A stretch of DNA of 64,000 nucleotides from Octopus sinensis (lineage: Eukaryota), in NCBI RefSeq assembly GCF_006345805.1, contig NC_042997.1, positions 13,330,001-13,394,000 on the forward strand, written 5' to 3'. The notes beneath the pieces are model-generated. The model searched no databases and was not told where the DNA came from. It saw nothing but the letters and a program-made list of their open reading frames with translations. Position numbers and translations under genes: made by a program. This document shows, piece by piece, positions 1-12,697 of this stretch (position 1 is the first letter of the stretch; each line of letters opens with the position of its first letter).

Positions 1-759
1 TTAAGCTTCTATTTCTTTTTACTATATATCTCGCATAGTTATGTTTTTTTTTATCATTTTCGTTGCTGTTTCATTTACGAGTCTGTGCGTGTGTGTGTAT
101 GTGTGTGTCTTTGACGGTACGTGCGTGTGTGCGTGTGTTCTTTCGGTTTATAAACTAACACCGATGTGGCTGAATGTTTTCAGTGACTCCTACATTCTAA
201 TGTTACATACAGTTAGCGACTACACACATCTCACGAAGCTCCCGTTGAGACAAAGCACAGCTGTTCGCCCAGAGGTTAACAGTTGGAAACATCATTACGC
301 AGTATCTCCGGGAAAACAATGCTTTAACAGCTTTTGAAGCCGACGGCAATGTTCTTTTGGTGCATTCAATAACTTATCACTTGGATTAACCCCAACGATA
401 AGTGCACCTGATTCTCAAAACTTTCTATTATATATTCCACTTCTCCGTTTCATTGTTTATTCTCACTGCCCCAAGCTTTTCACTGTTTCTCTTCATATAT
501 ACGCACGTTCAGTAAAACATTTTTTCTAGTCTTTTGCAGTTTTATATCTTGAAAATAATCTTCATTTTTTTTTTCTGAAGATTTTACAATTTTTTCTGTT
601 TATTTTCTATTTTCTTCCAGCTTAAGCATCGAAACTTGAAAACAACTAGTCAACACGTTAATAAAGTACATAGTTATCCCAGTCAAGCACATTATAATAT
701 CATTTAATTTTTTCCTCACTCTAGTCATATACCTATCTTCATACCCACCTCCCCACCTA

Positions 760-804
760 CATATATATCTACATACATATATAGATATATATACATGTAT
801 ATAT

Positions 805-870
<66 letters not shown>

Positions 871-1240
871 TATATGCACACACACACATATATATATATA
901 CATATATATATGTACATATAAATATATGTATGTATGTATGTATGTTTAAATTCATTTTTATATATATATACATATATACACATACATACCTGCGTATACA
1001 TGACCACACATGTAACTATGTTTACTTATATATTTATGTATGTGTGTGTGTGCGTGTATGTGCATGTGTATGTGCGCCTGCGTGCATATATACTTGCATA
1101 GGTATACAGTATGAGTGAATGCGACTTTACTTATATGTATGCTTATGAATGATTTTGAGTATATATACATATATATGTGTGTGTATATATACGTGCATAT
1201 GTGAGTATATATCCATACATGTATACATTCCTACAGACAT
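760..1240. repeat. (TA)n/(CA)n/(TG)n compound microsatellite
   Basis: Directly visible dinucleotide runs; source of the spurious YI/IY ORFs. Confidence 0.95.
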
Positions 1241-2005
1241 GTCTTTTGCTTTCAGTTTCTTTTTAGAATGCTTGCAGTAATGTCAAGAAAAATTATTTTC
1301 ATTAATTTTATATTTGGAGTTAAAAACTTTTCGACATAAACGAAATAAATAAAATGAAGACTTGCACACGCATACACAGATATATTCGTAGTAACAGGGA
1401 CAGGTGCAAGCTCACAGAAACACATATAAATGCATATATATATATAGACGTGTAAATATGTATACATTTGCGTATGTATGTGTGTGAGAGACAGAGAGAG
1501 TGTGAGAGAGTGAGTGCAAGAAAAAGAGAGAGTATGACTCTGTGTGAGTGCATGTGTGATTCTACTTACGCATGTTAGTGTATTTATGAGTAGGTGTATA
1601 TACATACATTTAACACATGCACGTATATACATGCATTAAACAATGACATCTCAAATGTAAGAAACTTCCGTATTTAACTTATATATGTGAAGAAATTCAA
1701 AATCCAATCGGGAATTTGGAAAATTCCACGTGGATCAAATATTTCAGCAGACATGTACATGTACGTGTGTACGTGTGCGCGCGTGAAAGTGTCTGGTTGC
1801 TTTAATCTTTAATAAATTTCATATCTAAATTCTTTTCCGATAGCAGTCTGAAATTTTTTCGCTATTTTGTCTCACGTATTTTAATAGATATAAAAAGAGA
1901 AGCAAAAATAACGCGCCATTATGTAAAATATTTCTGAGTAAACTTGAATATACTTTTTAAATTTTATTACAAAGAAACACATACCTGCCTAAATAAATAA
2001 TTTAA

Positions 2006-2427
2006 TTTGTTTATTGCCTACAGTGGGGTAAACATAGAGGGGACAAAAAAGGACAAACACAGGAATTAAGTCGATTACATTGACCCCAGTGCGTAACTTG
2101 GTACTAATTTAATCAACCCCGAAAGTATGAAAGGCAAAGTCGACCTCGGTGGAATTTGAACGCAGAACGTAACGGCCGACGAAATACCTATTTATATTTC
2201 TTTACTACCCACAAGGGGCTAAACACAGAGAGGACAAACAGGGACAGACAAACGGATTAAGTCGATTATATCGACTCCAGTGCGTAACTGGTACTTATTT
2301 AATCGATCCCGAAAGGATGAAAGGCAAAGTCGACCTCGGCGGAATTTGAACTCAGAACATAACGGCCGACGAAATACCGCTAAGCATTTCATCCAGCGTG
2401 CTAACGATTTTGCCAGCTCGCCGCCTT
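2006..2427 (-). mobile_element. tRNA-derived SINE family A, dimer
   Basis: Head AAGGCGGCGAGCTGGCA..., B-box-like GTTCTGAGTTCAAATTCC and body ...CCTTTCATCCTTTCGGG...AAGTACCAG; body present twice; same family recurs at 7 or more loci in the window. Confidence 0.9.
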
Positions 2428-2909
2428 ACCTGCCTAAATGAATTATGCAGGATTTTCACCAACATAGTGTAATCAGATTTCTCTAACGTTTCTAATGGTT
2501 ACTCTACTAATTTCGTTGACATTATTGCAAGTAAAATAATGATCTAACCGCGGGAACTATTAATGATTTTCTGATAAATGTATCCAGTTGTTGGTATTTT
2601 TTTTATTGGATCCTCATAACAATCTATATCATGACATCTAAATTCTGTTTTATCGTGCTCTCTTATAACACTTCTATATCACAGAAGTATCTCTGATCAC
2701 GTTATTCGTTCTGAAAGAGGTGAGAAATGTGAAAAATAATTTCCACTCACTTCTCCTGCTGTTGAAATTGACGCTGGAAAAGATTTGATAAGGTTTGATG
2801 TTGTAACTGTAAAATTTCTAATTGTTTGTTCGTGATGCTTCAGTCATCTGAAATGACTATCAGACAAAGTGCCCACTGGTTTATCAAAATACACATCCTG
2901 ACACACGTG

Positions 2910-2956
<47 letters not shown>

Positions 2957-3048
2957 CACCACACAACACACATGCACGCACACAGCAAATACATTCACAA
3001 TTTATATATACATATATATGTGTGTGTGTGTAAGAGAGTATGTGTGTG

Positions 3049-3377
3049 AAGGCGGATCAGTGGTTAGAGAGTCGGTCTCGCAATTATGAGGCAATGAGTT
3101 CGATTCCCGGACCTCGCTGTGTGCTGTATTCTTGAGCAAAGCACTTTATTTCACGTTGTTCCAGTTCACTCAGCTGGTAGAAATGAGTTGCGACGTCACT
3201 AATGCCAAAGCTGTATCGGCCTTTGCCTTTCTCTTGGAAAACTGGTGGCGTGGAGAGGGGAGGTTGATATGCATGGGCGACTGCTGGTCTTCCAGAAACA
3301 AGTTGGACCAGACTTGTGCCTCGGAGGGTAACTATCTAGTTGCAATCCCATGGTCATTCATGATCGAAGGGGGCTTC
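3049..3377 (+). mobile_element. tRNA-derived SINE (head type B)
   Basis: A box TCAGTGGTTAG, B box GAGTTCGATTCCC; head shared with the copies at 17872-18110 and 38540-38935. Confidence 0.8.
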
Positions 3378-3473
3378 GTCCATTTGTTAATGTCAAGTGA
3401 TAATGCTTGGTGTCGTAAGTTAAGGCTGCCATATTTAGGTTAACATGTTTGTTGACAGTACCAAACGATCAAA

Positions 3474-4815
3474 TCTCTGAATATTTTCTGTCAAGTGTCG
3501 TAGACTTGACACGTGATTAAGTTTAGAACCTTTTCTACGTTTCTCGTTATATTCTGTGTGTTAATTTCACGTGACAGTATATTTTGTGCCGAAAATTAAG
3601 TCCGACAAAGTTGAGTGAACGTATTTAGTTACAATCAAGGCACTCCAAATTTAATCTGTAGGTCAGAGAGCAGACAAGAATCGTGTATATGTAGTCCAGT
3701 GGCTAAAGTTTAAGTTGTTAGCTGTGTAGATTCCTCATATTAAGTGACAGAATGAGTTTTGTATGTGAATAGCTATTTGTGTATGTACTCTATTAAAGTT
3801 TTTTAAGTTATGGCTTGTACTCTTGTATGAAAGAATTTCTCTGTGTATCCGCGTTTCCTCTGTAGTATTCACTGAACATAGGTAGAGTGAGAAGATCTGG
3901 AATTTGAAGGACTTATTATTTGCACATATGTCTATATGGCCACTCAGTAGAATCTGTCTTGTACTGGGGCCTCGTATTTGTTGTCGGTGAATGGTCAACC
4001 AATTTCTGAGAGTAACCTTTGTTTGACTTATGTAAGCTTCGCTACATCCTTGATATTTAATAGCGTATATTAAATTCTTTGAAGAACATGCAAAACGGTT
4101 TTTTATGGTAAAAATCTGTCCGGATAGGAATTTGTATGATGTACATTCAATGAGGTTAATGCAAGTCCCACAATTGGGACGAGCACACATTTAGACTGTT
4201 GGTGTTGGAAATGTTGAAGGTAATTAGCACTGGTGAGTAATTTTTGAGGGACTTTCATTGTCTTTTGCTTTTGATTATTTTGTGTATTTCTAATGTTTGT
4301 TTCATTCCTGGGTCTTGTCATAGAAATAGCATATTCTGGGGAATAATATTGTAAACCTCCGTGTTTCTTGAGTTGTGTGTTGTATTAAGGTGTAGTATAT
4401 TGGATGTATCTGGAGTGTTTTTTTTTTGTTTTTCGTTGTTCTTGAATATCTATTGCTTTGGCAATTTCTATTCCATTGTATATCAACATTAATGGACATC
4501 GTCTTTTAAGTAGTACTCGTTTTAATTCTTGGAGTTCTAATTGTTTCAGTATCTGAGACAATTGTGCAGATTCCTCTTAATAGATTAAATGGAATATTAT
4601 TGTTCGTTTGTTTGGGACGGCGGGAGGAGAACAGTAGGTATTGTTCAGAATCTGCTTGTTTGAAGTGTATGTCTGTTTCAATGATTTTATCTCTTTTGAT
4701 GATTAGTATGGATGGGAGTTGGGTTCTACTGTATTCCCTGGTGAAGTTGATACTATTGTTTATGCTGTTGATTCGGTTTCTGAAATCCATTAGCTGTTCA
4801 AATGTGTACGAGCAC
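3474..4815 (-). mobile_element. Degenerate 5'-truncated Penelope-like element (Neptune-type): RT thumb + GIY-YIG endonuclease
   Basis: ORF 4506-4790 has FTREYSRTQLP...TDIHFKQADSEQYLLFSS (PLE thumb). ORF 3735-4190 has CARPNCGTC linker, KNLIYAIK...YISQT and HRQQIR. Frameshifts and stops present. Confidence 0.88.
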
Positions 4816-5282
4816 TGAATCAGTCAAACAAGTAACGTTTCCAGTTTTCTAATAAATATTTGTGGAAGTTCAAACCACATTTTCTCTTAGTTCATGTATC
4901 TGGACTTCCATGTATGCCATGACTAGATCGGTTAAGTCGGAGGAACTTTTGTCAGCACATTGAAACCATGTCAGCCTTAGCTTAAGAAGCCAAACATTGT
5001 CACTTGACGTTAACACACGGATGTGGCGGGGAACCTACAAAACTTTCTAAGACCAGTCATGTGACTATCCTCTACCAATGAAGTCCTATTCAAAACATAT
5101 GCTAATTTGAGCCATGCTCTCCCTATAAAATAGAACAAGCTTCAAACTAATCAGAAGCAAGACAGTTGTGCCATAACATGTCTTTTTATCTCACCATTTG
5201 AAAATCAGGGTAAACTGTGAAAACGGTTAAATCTTTAAAAATAATTTAAAAAAACATGTAAACCCTTCTCAATGCATGCCCG

Positions 5283-5356
5283 TGGACATACGGCGTAGTG
5301 TTTAAGAGCGTGGGCTACTAACCCCAAGATTCCGAGTTCGATTTCAGGCAGGGACA

Positions 5357-5422
<66 letters not shown>

Positions 5423-5603
5423 TAATAATAATAATAACAACAACAACAACAACATCGAGAATACCTTAGGAATGAGAACCCAGGTTTGAAATTTCTCCAA
5501 GACACATGATGAAGGCTGGAGGGTATATCAGCCGAAATGCTGTGTCAACAACAAACAAGATGAGGACAAATATCCGTCGATTGTAAATAATGTACATAAT
5601 GCA
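5283..5603 (+). mobile_element. tRNA-headed SINE-like element with (AAT)n/(CAA)n middle and hammerhead-like tail
   Basis: A-box-like GGCGTAGTG, anticodon arm GGG-CTACTAA-CCC, B box GAGTTCGATTTC, trinucleotide tract 5359-5453, then unique tail. Confidence 0.75.
5501..5546 (+). ncRNA. Degenerate minimal type I hammerhead ribozyme
   Basis: GACAC-ATGATGA-A-GGCTG-(10 nt)-CAGCC-GAAA-TGCT-GTGTC. Stems I and II pair perfectly; C3 and the stem III/U16.1 positions are mutated. Confidence 0.6.
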
Positions 5604-5719
5604 CCTATATTTGTATTTAATAAACAGCCTGTTACACTCGTCTGCATTTGAGAAGTTAAAAAAAAATTTCTTCATGGATGTTACATATTCTTGGGTTGCT
5701 AATTTTAAATATCTAAACC

Positions 5720-7130
5720 ATTTTGCTCTGTCACATAAGGATGTTGAATAACATACAAATTAATAATAATAAAAAATGTGAATTGTTAATAAATTGTGAC
5801 TTTATTAAAATGAAATAAGTAATCAAGGAAAAGCACATTCTGTTAGTCTTAAGAGCATATATTTTCCAAATCAATAAGAAATTAACGATGTTCATCATGA
5901 AGTGAATCAGAATTGTCAACATCAAACGAAATGAATGTAAACAATATGCTCTTAATGGTTAGCCTACATATTGATTCAAAGGAAAGAGGACCGCTTTGAT
6001 TTCCGTTTGAGCTGTGCATCGAGACCATCACGTTTCAATGACCAGCAGCAATCCGCCCTCATGCTGATATTCCATTTGCCCTGCTATCGAGTTTCCATGC
6101 TGTAAATGTCTTGGTGAAATCGCTCTCCTTGATGTAACCGCTCCTCACTGTAATCCTCAGAATTTTTGCGAGTGGAAAAAAAATGCATCTTCACACTCAT
6201 TCTACACCCAAGTTCATGGAAACTTGATATCGGGTCTTGGATCATTTCTTCATATTCTGGGAGCGGTTGTTTCCCAAAATGTTTTGGACAATCTTTTTCA
6301 AGAAAAATCAGGCATTCACTTCGCTTTGTGATCTTGTTAGTGGATCATAGTCTACTTCCATCTCATCAGTATAACTACTATCAGACTCTGATGAAATTTC
6401 CCGAGTCTCAGGTGGCACACGTAGAGGGATATCATGTGAGTGTGAAACAGGCCTTATTGCTGAATGAATATTTGGGAATATTATGCCATATTTAGTCTTC
6501 TTGTTGAATTCAGCTACTTTAGTCATACAAAATTAGCAGTCATCATAGTGGTTCATCGGCTCCGGCCATACCATTGGTACTCCAAAGGGCATACACTTAA
6601 GTTTTCCAACTGACCACATTTGAAGCTTACTGATGCATCTCTTGTAAGTTTTGTGAGGTGTAAATGGCTTGTCCTGGTCTCCCAGTTTGCAGCCAAAATA
6701 AGCTACATAGCAGCGCTTCAACAAAGAACAATATTGCTCCTGGAATCTGAAGGGGTGAATTGCCCGCAAACAGCAGAATATAGATGGTGAATTGATACAG
6801 CCTCTATACATATTCACAGACTGAAAGTAAAGAAAAATATATTAGTTTTAACATTTAAGTCAATATAAGGTGAGCGTTTTAATTTATCATTTACTTATGT
6901 TATACAAAAAGAAAAAAGTAACGTCTCTGTATAACTTGACAACCTGATGTGATAGAGATGAATAAAACCATAATTCCTCATTAATTTTCATATATATTCA
7001 GAAAAAGATACCATACAGCCAATACAGACTGGTTTTATCACTGTTTTGCTCAGAAATAGACGTTGCGCAATGTATGATATCCACTTGATTCCTTTGTTTT
7101 ACGGGACTACTGCTTAAATACATCTTAAAC
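5720..7130 (-). mobile_element. Chapaev-like (CMC superfamily) DNA transposase pseudogene
   Basis: ORFs 6533-6817 and 6308-6526 are in one frame: CINSPSIFC...AYFGCKLGDQDKPFTPH...PFGVPMVWPEPMNHYDDC*FC...HSAIRPVSHS. Further remnants resemble DSSKRSLKAVL and MVNFLL. Family assignment from recalled Chapaev3 motifs; boundaries approximate. Confidence 0.72.
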
Positions 7131-7329
7131 TAATCGATTAAAATTACATTCAGTAAATCCATGATTAGGGATACATTAAAGAAATTGTAACGTGGAAAGA
7201 GGACTTGATAGTTTGCAAGCAATTATCAACAAATCTCTTTCTCGATAATTTTCAGCAAAATATTCATGTCTGATTAGTAAAATGATGTCCATGACTGATC
7301 ATATTTTTTCCATTCTACCCCATTTGCTA

Positions 7330-7623
7330 GTGGAGACACATGGCCTAGTGGTTAGTGCAGCGGAATCGCGGTCGAGGGATCGCGGGTTCGATTCTCAGAC
7401 CGGGCGATGTGTGTGTTTATGAGCGAAAGACCTAAGCTTCACGCGGCTCCGGCAGAAGGTAATAGCGAACTTCTGCTGACTATTTCGCCACAACTTTCTC
7501 TCACTCTTTCTTCCTCACGTGCAACGGACCGGCGTCCCGTCCAGGTGTGAAACCTATACACCAAGGAAACCTGGAAACCGGCCTTTATGAGCCAGGCGTG
7601 GCTCGAGAAGGAACAAAAAACAA
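7330..7623 (+). mobile_element. tRNA-derived SINE (head type C)
   Basis: TGGCCTAGTGGTTAG A box, GGTTCGATTC B box; homologous to the minus-strand copy at 17555-17862. Confidence 0.85.
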
Positions 7624-8214
7624 CCCCCATCTTCTACGGGATGATTGTTGCGTTTGCATTTGATACAGACATTGTTCTTAAGGGTCCACGAGTATCATTT
7701 GTGTTGAGACATATGAATGTACTCGACTTCAGAATTACGTGATATACTTTCCACAGGACAGTATTTCCGATGGCTGGTCTTGTATATTAATTTAGCAACA
7801 GTGCAATGCGTCATAGTATCAAGTGGACGGCATTGAGCAGCTGCTGATAGCATGTGCAATGTATCGCATATATCCCTACCGTAATACACGTAGGGTAGAG
7901 ATGTCTATGTTTAATACAGGGAGTTGAATACATCGATTAACTGTGAAATATATTTTCTTATTATTCTTACAAATAAAATGCCAAAAGCTCCTAGTCATTT
8001 TTGAAATAAGTGAAAGCAAGGAACGAGATAACTCTAGGCATAATTAATCGGAAATCTTTATGGCTGGAGATTATGTATTCTAATTACAAAGAAAATGCCA
8101 GTTAATCGGTTTTCAATTTATTATAATTATATAGGTGAGACTCATGTGTATAGGTATTCCATATACAAAAAGCCTCTGACTCTGTTTCGTTCAGCACTTA
8201 TATTCATAATCATC

Positions 8215-8325
8215 ATCACATACGTACATATACAAACATGCATAGATACATACATACATGTATAGATACATACATGCATACATACATACATACATACATA
8301 CATACATACATACATACATACGTAA
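8215..8325. repeat. (CATA)n microsatellite
   Basis: Visible tetranucleotide run. Confidence 0.95.
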
Positions 8326-8449
8326 ATACACACATAAATATGAGGGAGAGTCAAAAATTATACACACTCTTGTTTTTTCTCTTTTTTCAATGTATTTACA
8401 CAAAAGCAAAGAATAAACAGGCATGTCATTTTTCTATATAGTTTCCTTC

Positions 8450-9350
8450 CTTTTCCATGCACTTGGTCCAGCTACAAATACATGGGAAATGAAGACAACA
8501 TGTAGAAGGTGATGTGAATAGAGATAGAGTGAACCTAGAATATTACAACAGGCTTAGACAGGCACGACAATTGGAACCCTCTTCTTATAACAAGACAGTA
8601 TCGCACGATGCATTTACAGTACTGGTACTGACTAAACCATTTGGGACATTTGACTGGTTCGTAGACGAAATGCACTTCATGGACATTAAAACAGACAAGA
8701 ACCTGACATCAAAGGAAAATGTTCACAAAAACAATGTTATCGACCGGCTACACGTAAGAAGAGATGAAAGAGAGAGAGACTTAAAATCAGTGCAGAGAGT
8801 CTTCAATTTTCAGACAACACCTGTTTAACATCAGCAAAAATAAATATATAATCTTAGTACTGAAAAACGAAGAAAACGACATCAAGCGTGCCAGCAGTGA
8901 GCCCCTCTGAAACTACTATTTTCCCGATGGCGTCCCATAAAGCCTTAAAACAACAGGACTAACATGCTTCAAGTAAGACCTGGGTCTGAAACACGCTTAG
9001 TGATCAAAAAGAAAATTACTTTGAATGGGTATGTTTCCCGGAGGCTCAAAAAATGCAATTATATTGACATGAGGTGCAGCATTTTTTGGACTTGTGGTCG
9101 CTATATCAGATCACACATCGAAGGTTATGCATTTTCAGTAGAACAGGAGTTTGCTACGAAATATCCAATAAGCAAAAGGGACAATGAAGTCCTTAGAGCC
9201 CTAAGATGCAACAGAAGATGAAGATTATGTCACGCTTCTGTGGAAGACATCACTCATAAGATTAGCAGGTGTCCAAAAATGTCATGAAAGCAACTCGACG
9301 TTTTTGCTTAAACTATATATAATGTCATTCGAAAAAAATAGTGCCCCGGA
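8450..9350 (+). mobile_element. Degenerate R4/Dong/NeSL-type LINE fragment (RT C-terminus + CCHC knuckle)
   Basis: YKYMG, EYYNRLR...SSYNK...IDRLHVRRDERERDLKSVQ, IRSHIEGY...EQEFATKY and RLCHASVEDITHKISRCP; many stops and frameshifts. Confidence 0.75.
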
Positions 9351-11202
9351 AGAAATTTAGACAATCACCCTTGTTTTTGAATTCGTACAAAAACATTAAC
9401 AAAAATAATATCGGTGGAACATGCTTATATAAACGCCTTTCAAGTATAAACGTAACAGGTCTCATATTTATGTTTGCGACAGACAATAAATGTATGTACC
9501 CTCATAGAGGTCAGCTGTCCTGCTGATATGAATATCTCTTCGAAAAAGAGGATAACTAGGTTTAAGTGCTGTTATAGATTCACATTCATATTAATAATAA
9601 TCGCTGCAATTGGTTTTGTGAGTTAATGTCTGTGTGACACTCTCGATACGCTAGGATTATCAAATCCTAAAATCCGCAAATTACAAATACAGTCTCTTTC
9701 CACGAGATTTTTTTCCAATTTTAAAATGTGAATATGTTTCTCTTATCTTCATTCCAATGACGGAGCTTTGTATTTCTGTTAGAAAATCAGCTTCTCCCTC
9801 GGAGGAATGTTTTAAATATTTAAAAACAGAAGATAACATACTGAGCTATACAAAGTCAAGCCAAGTGAAATTAATATTATTTCCTGAGAACACCTAATGA
9901 TAATTTCAGTACTTTCATCAGTTCTCTTTGCAGGTAGGATCCACCTCTGTCTGAATCGTGTTAACATTTCCTAAATTTAAATTAATTACGACTTTTGGTA
10001 TTATAGCTTTGTTTGATGTTCATAGTTTATAGTCTAATCTTAATAGTTTATGGTATTATAGATTTATTATAGTTTTGCTTGATATAATTTCAAGGCCATT
10101 TACAGGGGATTTTGTCTTCTAGCCGCAAATATTTTCTCAGTTATACGGAGTATTTTAACTCACTATATTGTGTGCTAAACTGCATGAAGTATACATAATA
10201 ACTTTGAGATATTTTTTCTTCAGATCAGTTGTCATACATTCGACAATTTATAATGTAAATTGGTGCTATAAGAGTTAAGCCATCTGCACGTATTTTATAG
10301 CTACCTCCTAAATTTAAATTTCGAAACGTATAATCTTTTAAATTTAACAAGACATATAGTTACAAGGCTACATGAAAATACTTTCTCCTGGCATGGGCAA
10401 CATTCTTAGGTTTCCCCAGACATAGTGCATTGTATACGTATATAAAGTGTTTCACCTCTATATCTCGAAAGCGGTAGTATTTATGAGGTTTTATAGGGCC
10501 TCTATCTCAACTGACAACTTCCTGTGGTTATCACTTCTGAATTGATACACACTTCATTACACCTTTCAGCAGGTTCCCTCTATTCTCCTTTGAGTGAGAA
10601 TAAATTTCGTGAATTTTAATAATAGTTGGACGAATTTCAATGTATTCCAATTAGCAATTTGAAATGTTAATTATATCCCTTGCTCTGCATTATTTTGCAA
10701 TACAGGGGATCCTCACGTTGTAAGGGAATGTTCTTAAAACTAAGTGTGTGTTAAAATCAGTTTTAATACTATTTAGTTCGAAGTACTTTCATTTGATCCA
10801 TTTTCGTTAATAGCTTGATATCTGTAGCAAATATTTTGCTCAGAAAGAAAAAAGGCATAGAGAGGCTATTAAGCCAAAACTTTTCTATGGCAAGCTTTCT
10901 TTTTAAAATATTGCTTGTCATTGCTTTACGTAGCCCGTCGGGAATGCTTTCACGTGATTAGAGAAAGAGGGGAAGAAATAAAAGGAAAGAGAAAAAGAGG
11001 GAGAGAGAAGTGTTCATGACGTGAAGTAGAAGGAATACAATTGTAACGCTTTCACGTTATTATTTGAAGGGAAAGAAAGCAGAAAGAAAAGGAAGAGCGA
11101 AAAAGAGGAAAAGGCGATGAGTGAGACAGGGAGATGGAGAAAGAAAAAGAGGGAGAGAGAAGAGTCGATGACATGTGGTAGGGGGAACGTAATATTTATT
11201 AC

Positions 11203-12180
11203 GTGGTTAAGGATTCATACTATGCAAAACCTATGGCCTCAAAATACCTGATCCACCGGAACTCAGCCATTGCGGGCAATGCCAAATTCAATATTTTGAT
11301 GGCAGACCTCGTCAGAATAATGAGAAATGTGTCACGCATGTGCGAGCCTACAGAATTAAAGAGACACATACAGTATTTCATTCACCGCATGCAGTTCTCA
11401 GGTTACAGCCATAAAAAAAGGATCAGAGTATACAAAGGAGCCATGAAGAAATTTGATAATATATTATGTAATGATAGGAATGGGATTTGCCCAATCTATA
11501 GGAACAAGTCATGGAACACTATAGAAAGGACAAAAAAGAAAATAGGGAAGGCCAACTCTTGGTATGATAGCCATAAATACCAGAGTGTCATGTTCGTTGA
11601 CACCACCCCTGGAGGTGAACTGGCGTACCGCTTTAGAAGGACCCTAGATAAACTTAAACTAAGAATTAAGGTTGTTGAAAAGCCAGGCAACCCTATCAGA
11701 TCTATAATTGGTAGAACCTATCCTTTTAGTAGAACCCTTTGTACGGATAACTATTGCACTGTATGTAGATTTAGTCCACAAACAAACTGTAAAGCCAGAA
11801 ATGTAGTCTATAGTATAAGATGTATAGAGGGACGATGCAGTAACAAGACAGTAATATACGTAGGGGAACAGCAAGAAGCATTGGAGAGCGGGTGAATGAA
11901 CATTGGAGACAACTCAAGGAAGGTAAAAGCTCATCGATTCTGTACCAACACGCCGAACAGGAACACGGGGGATCAATCAATAACATAGAGATTAAGATAT
12001 TGTCCACACATAGAACAGATGCAACAATTAGACAAATTACAGAAGCTACACATATAATAGAAAATAAACCTAGCCTGAATAGAAAACTAGAATGGAGCAA
12101 TAGCACACACCACAACATATGACGATAGAGGATCCTGAAAACATAATAAATACACAGATAAATAAACAGATAGAAATGAA
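11203..12180 (+). mobile_element. 5'-truncated Penelope-like element (different clade, possibly Naiad-like): thumb + GIY-YIG
   Basis: YYAKPMAS...RMQFSGY...TPGGEL...KVVEKPG, CTDNYCTVC, VVYSIRC...YVGE; after a frameshift, NEHW...ILYQHAEQEH...RQITEA...KPSLN. Confidence 0.85.
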
Positions 12181-12199
12181 TAACTATATATATGTAGAT

Positions 12200-12248
12200 A
12201 TATCTATGTATGTATATGTGTATATATATATATATGTATATGTGTGTA

Positions 12249-12302
<54 letters not shown>

Positions 12303-12312
12303 ATATATATAT
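12200..12312. repeat. (TA)n microsatellite between two tail-to-tail PLEs
   Basis: Visible. Confidence 0.95.
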
Positions 12313-12475
12313 GGGTGTGTGTGATTGTGTATAGAAGAATATATTAATAAAAAGAATTCCAACCTTGTCTGATTTTCACGTTTTATTTACAATCTTATAA
12401 TGATATATTATAAGATAATATATTATAATTGAATAAAATAAAATGAAATAGTAGAATGTTAATATTCATTCTGAT

Positions 12476-12520
12476 TGAACTAGTACTTTCATGCATTGAA
12501 TTCTGCAATCTTCGGGTTCA
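12476..12520 (-). ncRNA. Minimal type I hammerhead-like ribozyme in PLE 3' end
   Basis: Minus strand: TGAAC-CCGAAGA-T-TGCA-GAATTCAA-TGCA-T-GAAA-GTAC-TA-GTTCA. Stem I 5 bp, palindromic AGTACT stem III, CUA cleavage triplet, U4->C. Confidence 0.7.
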
Positions 12521-12581
12521 TGTAGTAGTGTTGACAGTCATGCTTCACAATTTTTGACTGTAGCAAGATGATTGATTCTGT

Positions 12582-12697
12582 GCTATAAATACAGCTGGGT
12601 AGGCTCCAGAGTGCTAGGTTTTGCAAACTGTATTCTGACCAATCAGTGTGTAGTATCACTCAATTACTTAAGCTGATTGGTTGGTTGAGCTGATTGG
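12582..12697 (-). promoter_or_regulatory. Putative pol II promoter in PLE pLTR (3x CCAATCAG + TATTTATA)
   Basis: CCAATCAG at 12639-12646 (+), 12673-12680 (-) and 12690-12697 (-); AT box at 12584-12591, about 65 nt before the hammerhead. Confidence 0.45.

Noticed and set aside
225-275. Hammerhead-like CTCACGA-A-GCTC...GAGA-CAAA
   Set aside because: Both core halves are mutated and there is no stem I.
5283-5358. tRNA gene (also the heads at 3049, 7330, 16385)
   Set aside because: A/B boxes are present but there is no closing acceptor stem; each continues into a repeat body.
9895-9930. Minus-strand CTGATGA-AAGTACT-GAAA
   Set aside because: No foldable stem II and no stem I partner.
10435-10570. 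Tc1/mariner TIR-like start TATAAAGTGTTTCACC (similar at ~62821)
   Set aside because: No matching second TIR or transposase found.
11740-11850. Selenocysteine (TGA) recoding as reported for some Naiad PLEs
   Set aside because: All Cys positions here are TGT/TGC.
12112-12150. ATGACGA...AGGATCCT-GAAA after the plus-strand PLE stop
   Set aside because: Right position, but stem II has no loop and neither stem I nor a UH site fits.
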